DNA from: Oscillospiraceae bacterium
GTDB lineage: Bacteria; Bacillota; Clostridia; Oscillospirales; CAG-272
Direction: 5' to 3'
Assembly: GCA_015064415.1 (NCBI GenBank)
Contig: SVSG01000002.1
Span: forward strand, 76,246-140,245
DNA: 64,000 bases
In this document: positions 63,582-64,000 of the stretch, piece after piece
Numbering within the stretch: the stretch's first letter is position 1
Layout: every line of letters begins with the position of its first letter
Translations under genes and position numbers: made by a program
The notes under the pieces: model-generated
The model's database searches: none
What the model was told of the DNA's origin: nothing
The model's input: only the letters and a program-made list of their open reading frames with translations

Positions 63582-63610
63582 ATTATAACATGTGGAGGCC
63601 TTTTTGTCAA
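63582..63610 (-). promoter_or_regulatory. rnpB promoter
   Basis: Minus strand TTGACA (63605-63610), 17-nt spacer, TGtTATAAT (TATAAT 63582-63587). Confidence 0.65.
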
Positions 63611-63619
63611 GGCAACACA

Positions 63620-63648
63620 TTGACATTAAAAGTAAAATATGATATACT
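63620..63648 (+). promoter_or_regulatory. Candidate promoter of the terminal partial CDS
   Basis: TTGACA 63620-63625, 17-nt spacer, TGaTATACT ending 63648. Confidence 0.5.
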
Positions 63649-63685
63649 TGATGCAATGAAAAATGACGAAAAAGGAGGGGACGGC

Positions 63686-64000
63686 GTGCAATTTCTCATA
63701 CTTCTGGCGCAAATACTGTTTCTCGGCACCGTGCCCGTGCTTTTTTTCGGGCTTATTTTGTGGCTGATCCGCCACATGATCATCTTCCTGCTTGGCGGCC
63801 CCGTCGGGCGGAAGGTGCAGAAATTTCTGTTCGCCTGCACGGCCCCCGTCCGTGCCGCGGGGCACGTGATGGCGGCGGTGCTGTTCTGGCATCGGGTAGA
63901 GCGCGTGCGCTTTCTTCGCTGGAACGCCCCTGACGGCGAGCTCGCCTTTGTCGAGCATTCCTATCATCCGCGCAATCCCGTGGCGCTGCTTGGCAATTTC
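63686..64000 (+). CDS. 5' part of a membrane-protein CDS running out of the window; product unknown
   Basis: GTG 63686 lies 6 nt after AAAGGAGGGG. Frame is open to nt 64000 (105 codons) and GC3-rich like neighbouring genes. Hydrophobic start VQFLILLAQILFLGTVPVLFFGLILWLI. Not in the track because it has no stop. Confidence 0.5.
   Translation, partial: MQFLILLAQILFLGTVPVLFFGLILWLIRHMIIFLLGGPVGRKVQKFLFACTAPVRAAGHVMAAVLFWHRVERVRFLRWNAPDGELAFVEHSYHPRNPVALLGNF

Noticed and set aside
63113-63967. ORFs 63113-63367 (+), 63607-63840 (-) and 63626-63967 (-), and a ~35-codon ORF from ATG 63657
   Set aside because: The first overlaps the RNase P RNA gene. The minus-strand ones are antisense to a better plus-strand frame that has an RBS and hydrophobic N-terminus. 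ATG 63657 lies only ~2-9 nt from the predicted TSS and its frame stops after ~35 Cys/Phe-rich codons.

Overview
GC-rich chromosomal segment from a Gram-positive, Clostridia-like bacterium, judged from AGGAGG ribosome-binding sites, Cys lipoboxes, many TTGACA-17-TATAAT promoters, hairpin+T-run terminators and a type-A RNase P RNA. No rRNA, tRNA, CRISPR array, integrase or transposase was seen. Left to right: tail of an unknown CDS; DtxR/MntR-like regulator + RNase HI; a 2726-aa secreted giant protein (1742-9922); nadE; an SGNH hydrolase. On the minus strand, mglBAC runs straight into a complete agmatine deiminase operon (aguB/ptcA-aguD-aguA-aguC). Then MarR + DegV; an amino-acid ABC transporter whose binding protein looks circularly permuted; a PfkB kinase. 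Minus strand again: M20 peptidase-CapA-recG-PPTase. Then an LRR lipoprotein; a DHHW protein; a tandemly duplicated ~207/257-bp intergenic element; rpsO-pnp; a BNR/Asp-box protein; a split TSUP/TauE pair; and two tandem FtsK-family translocases. The outstanding feature is 44.6-62.1 kb. It holds eleven co-directional, diverged paralogs (~432-443 aa) of a signal-peptide-less, ceramidase-like putative metallo-amidohydrolase, one of them broken by a 10-nt deletion. Reiterated terminator-promoter cassettes split the block into about six transcription units. A ComEC-like MBL lipoprotein interrupts it and a metallophosphoesterase follows it. The window ends with rnpB (minus strand) and the start of a membrane-protein CDS. 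All functional calls rest on motif recognition by eye; no database search was run.
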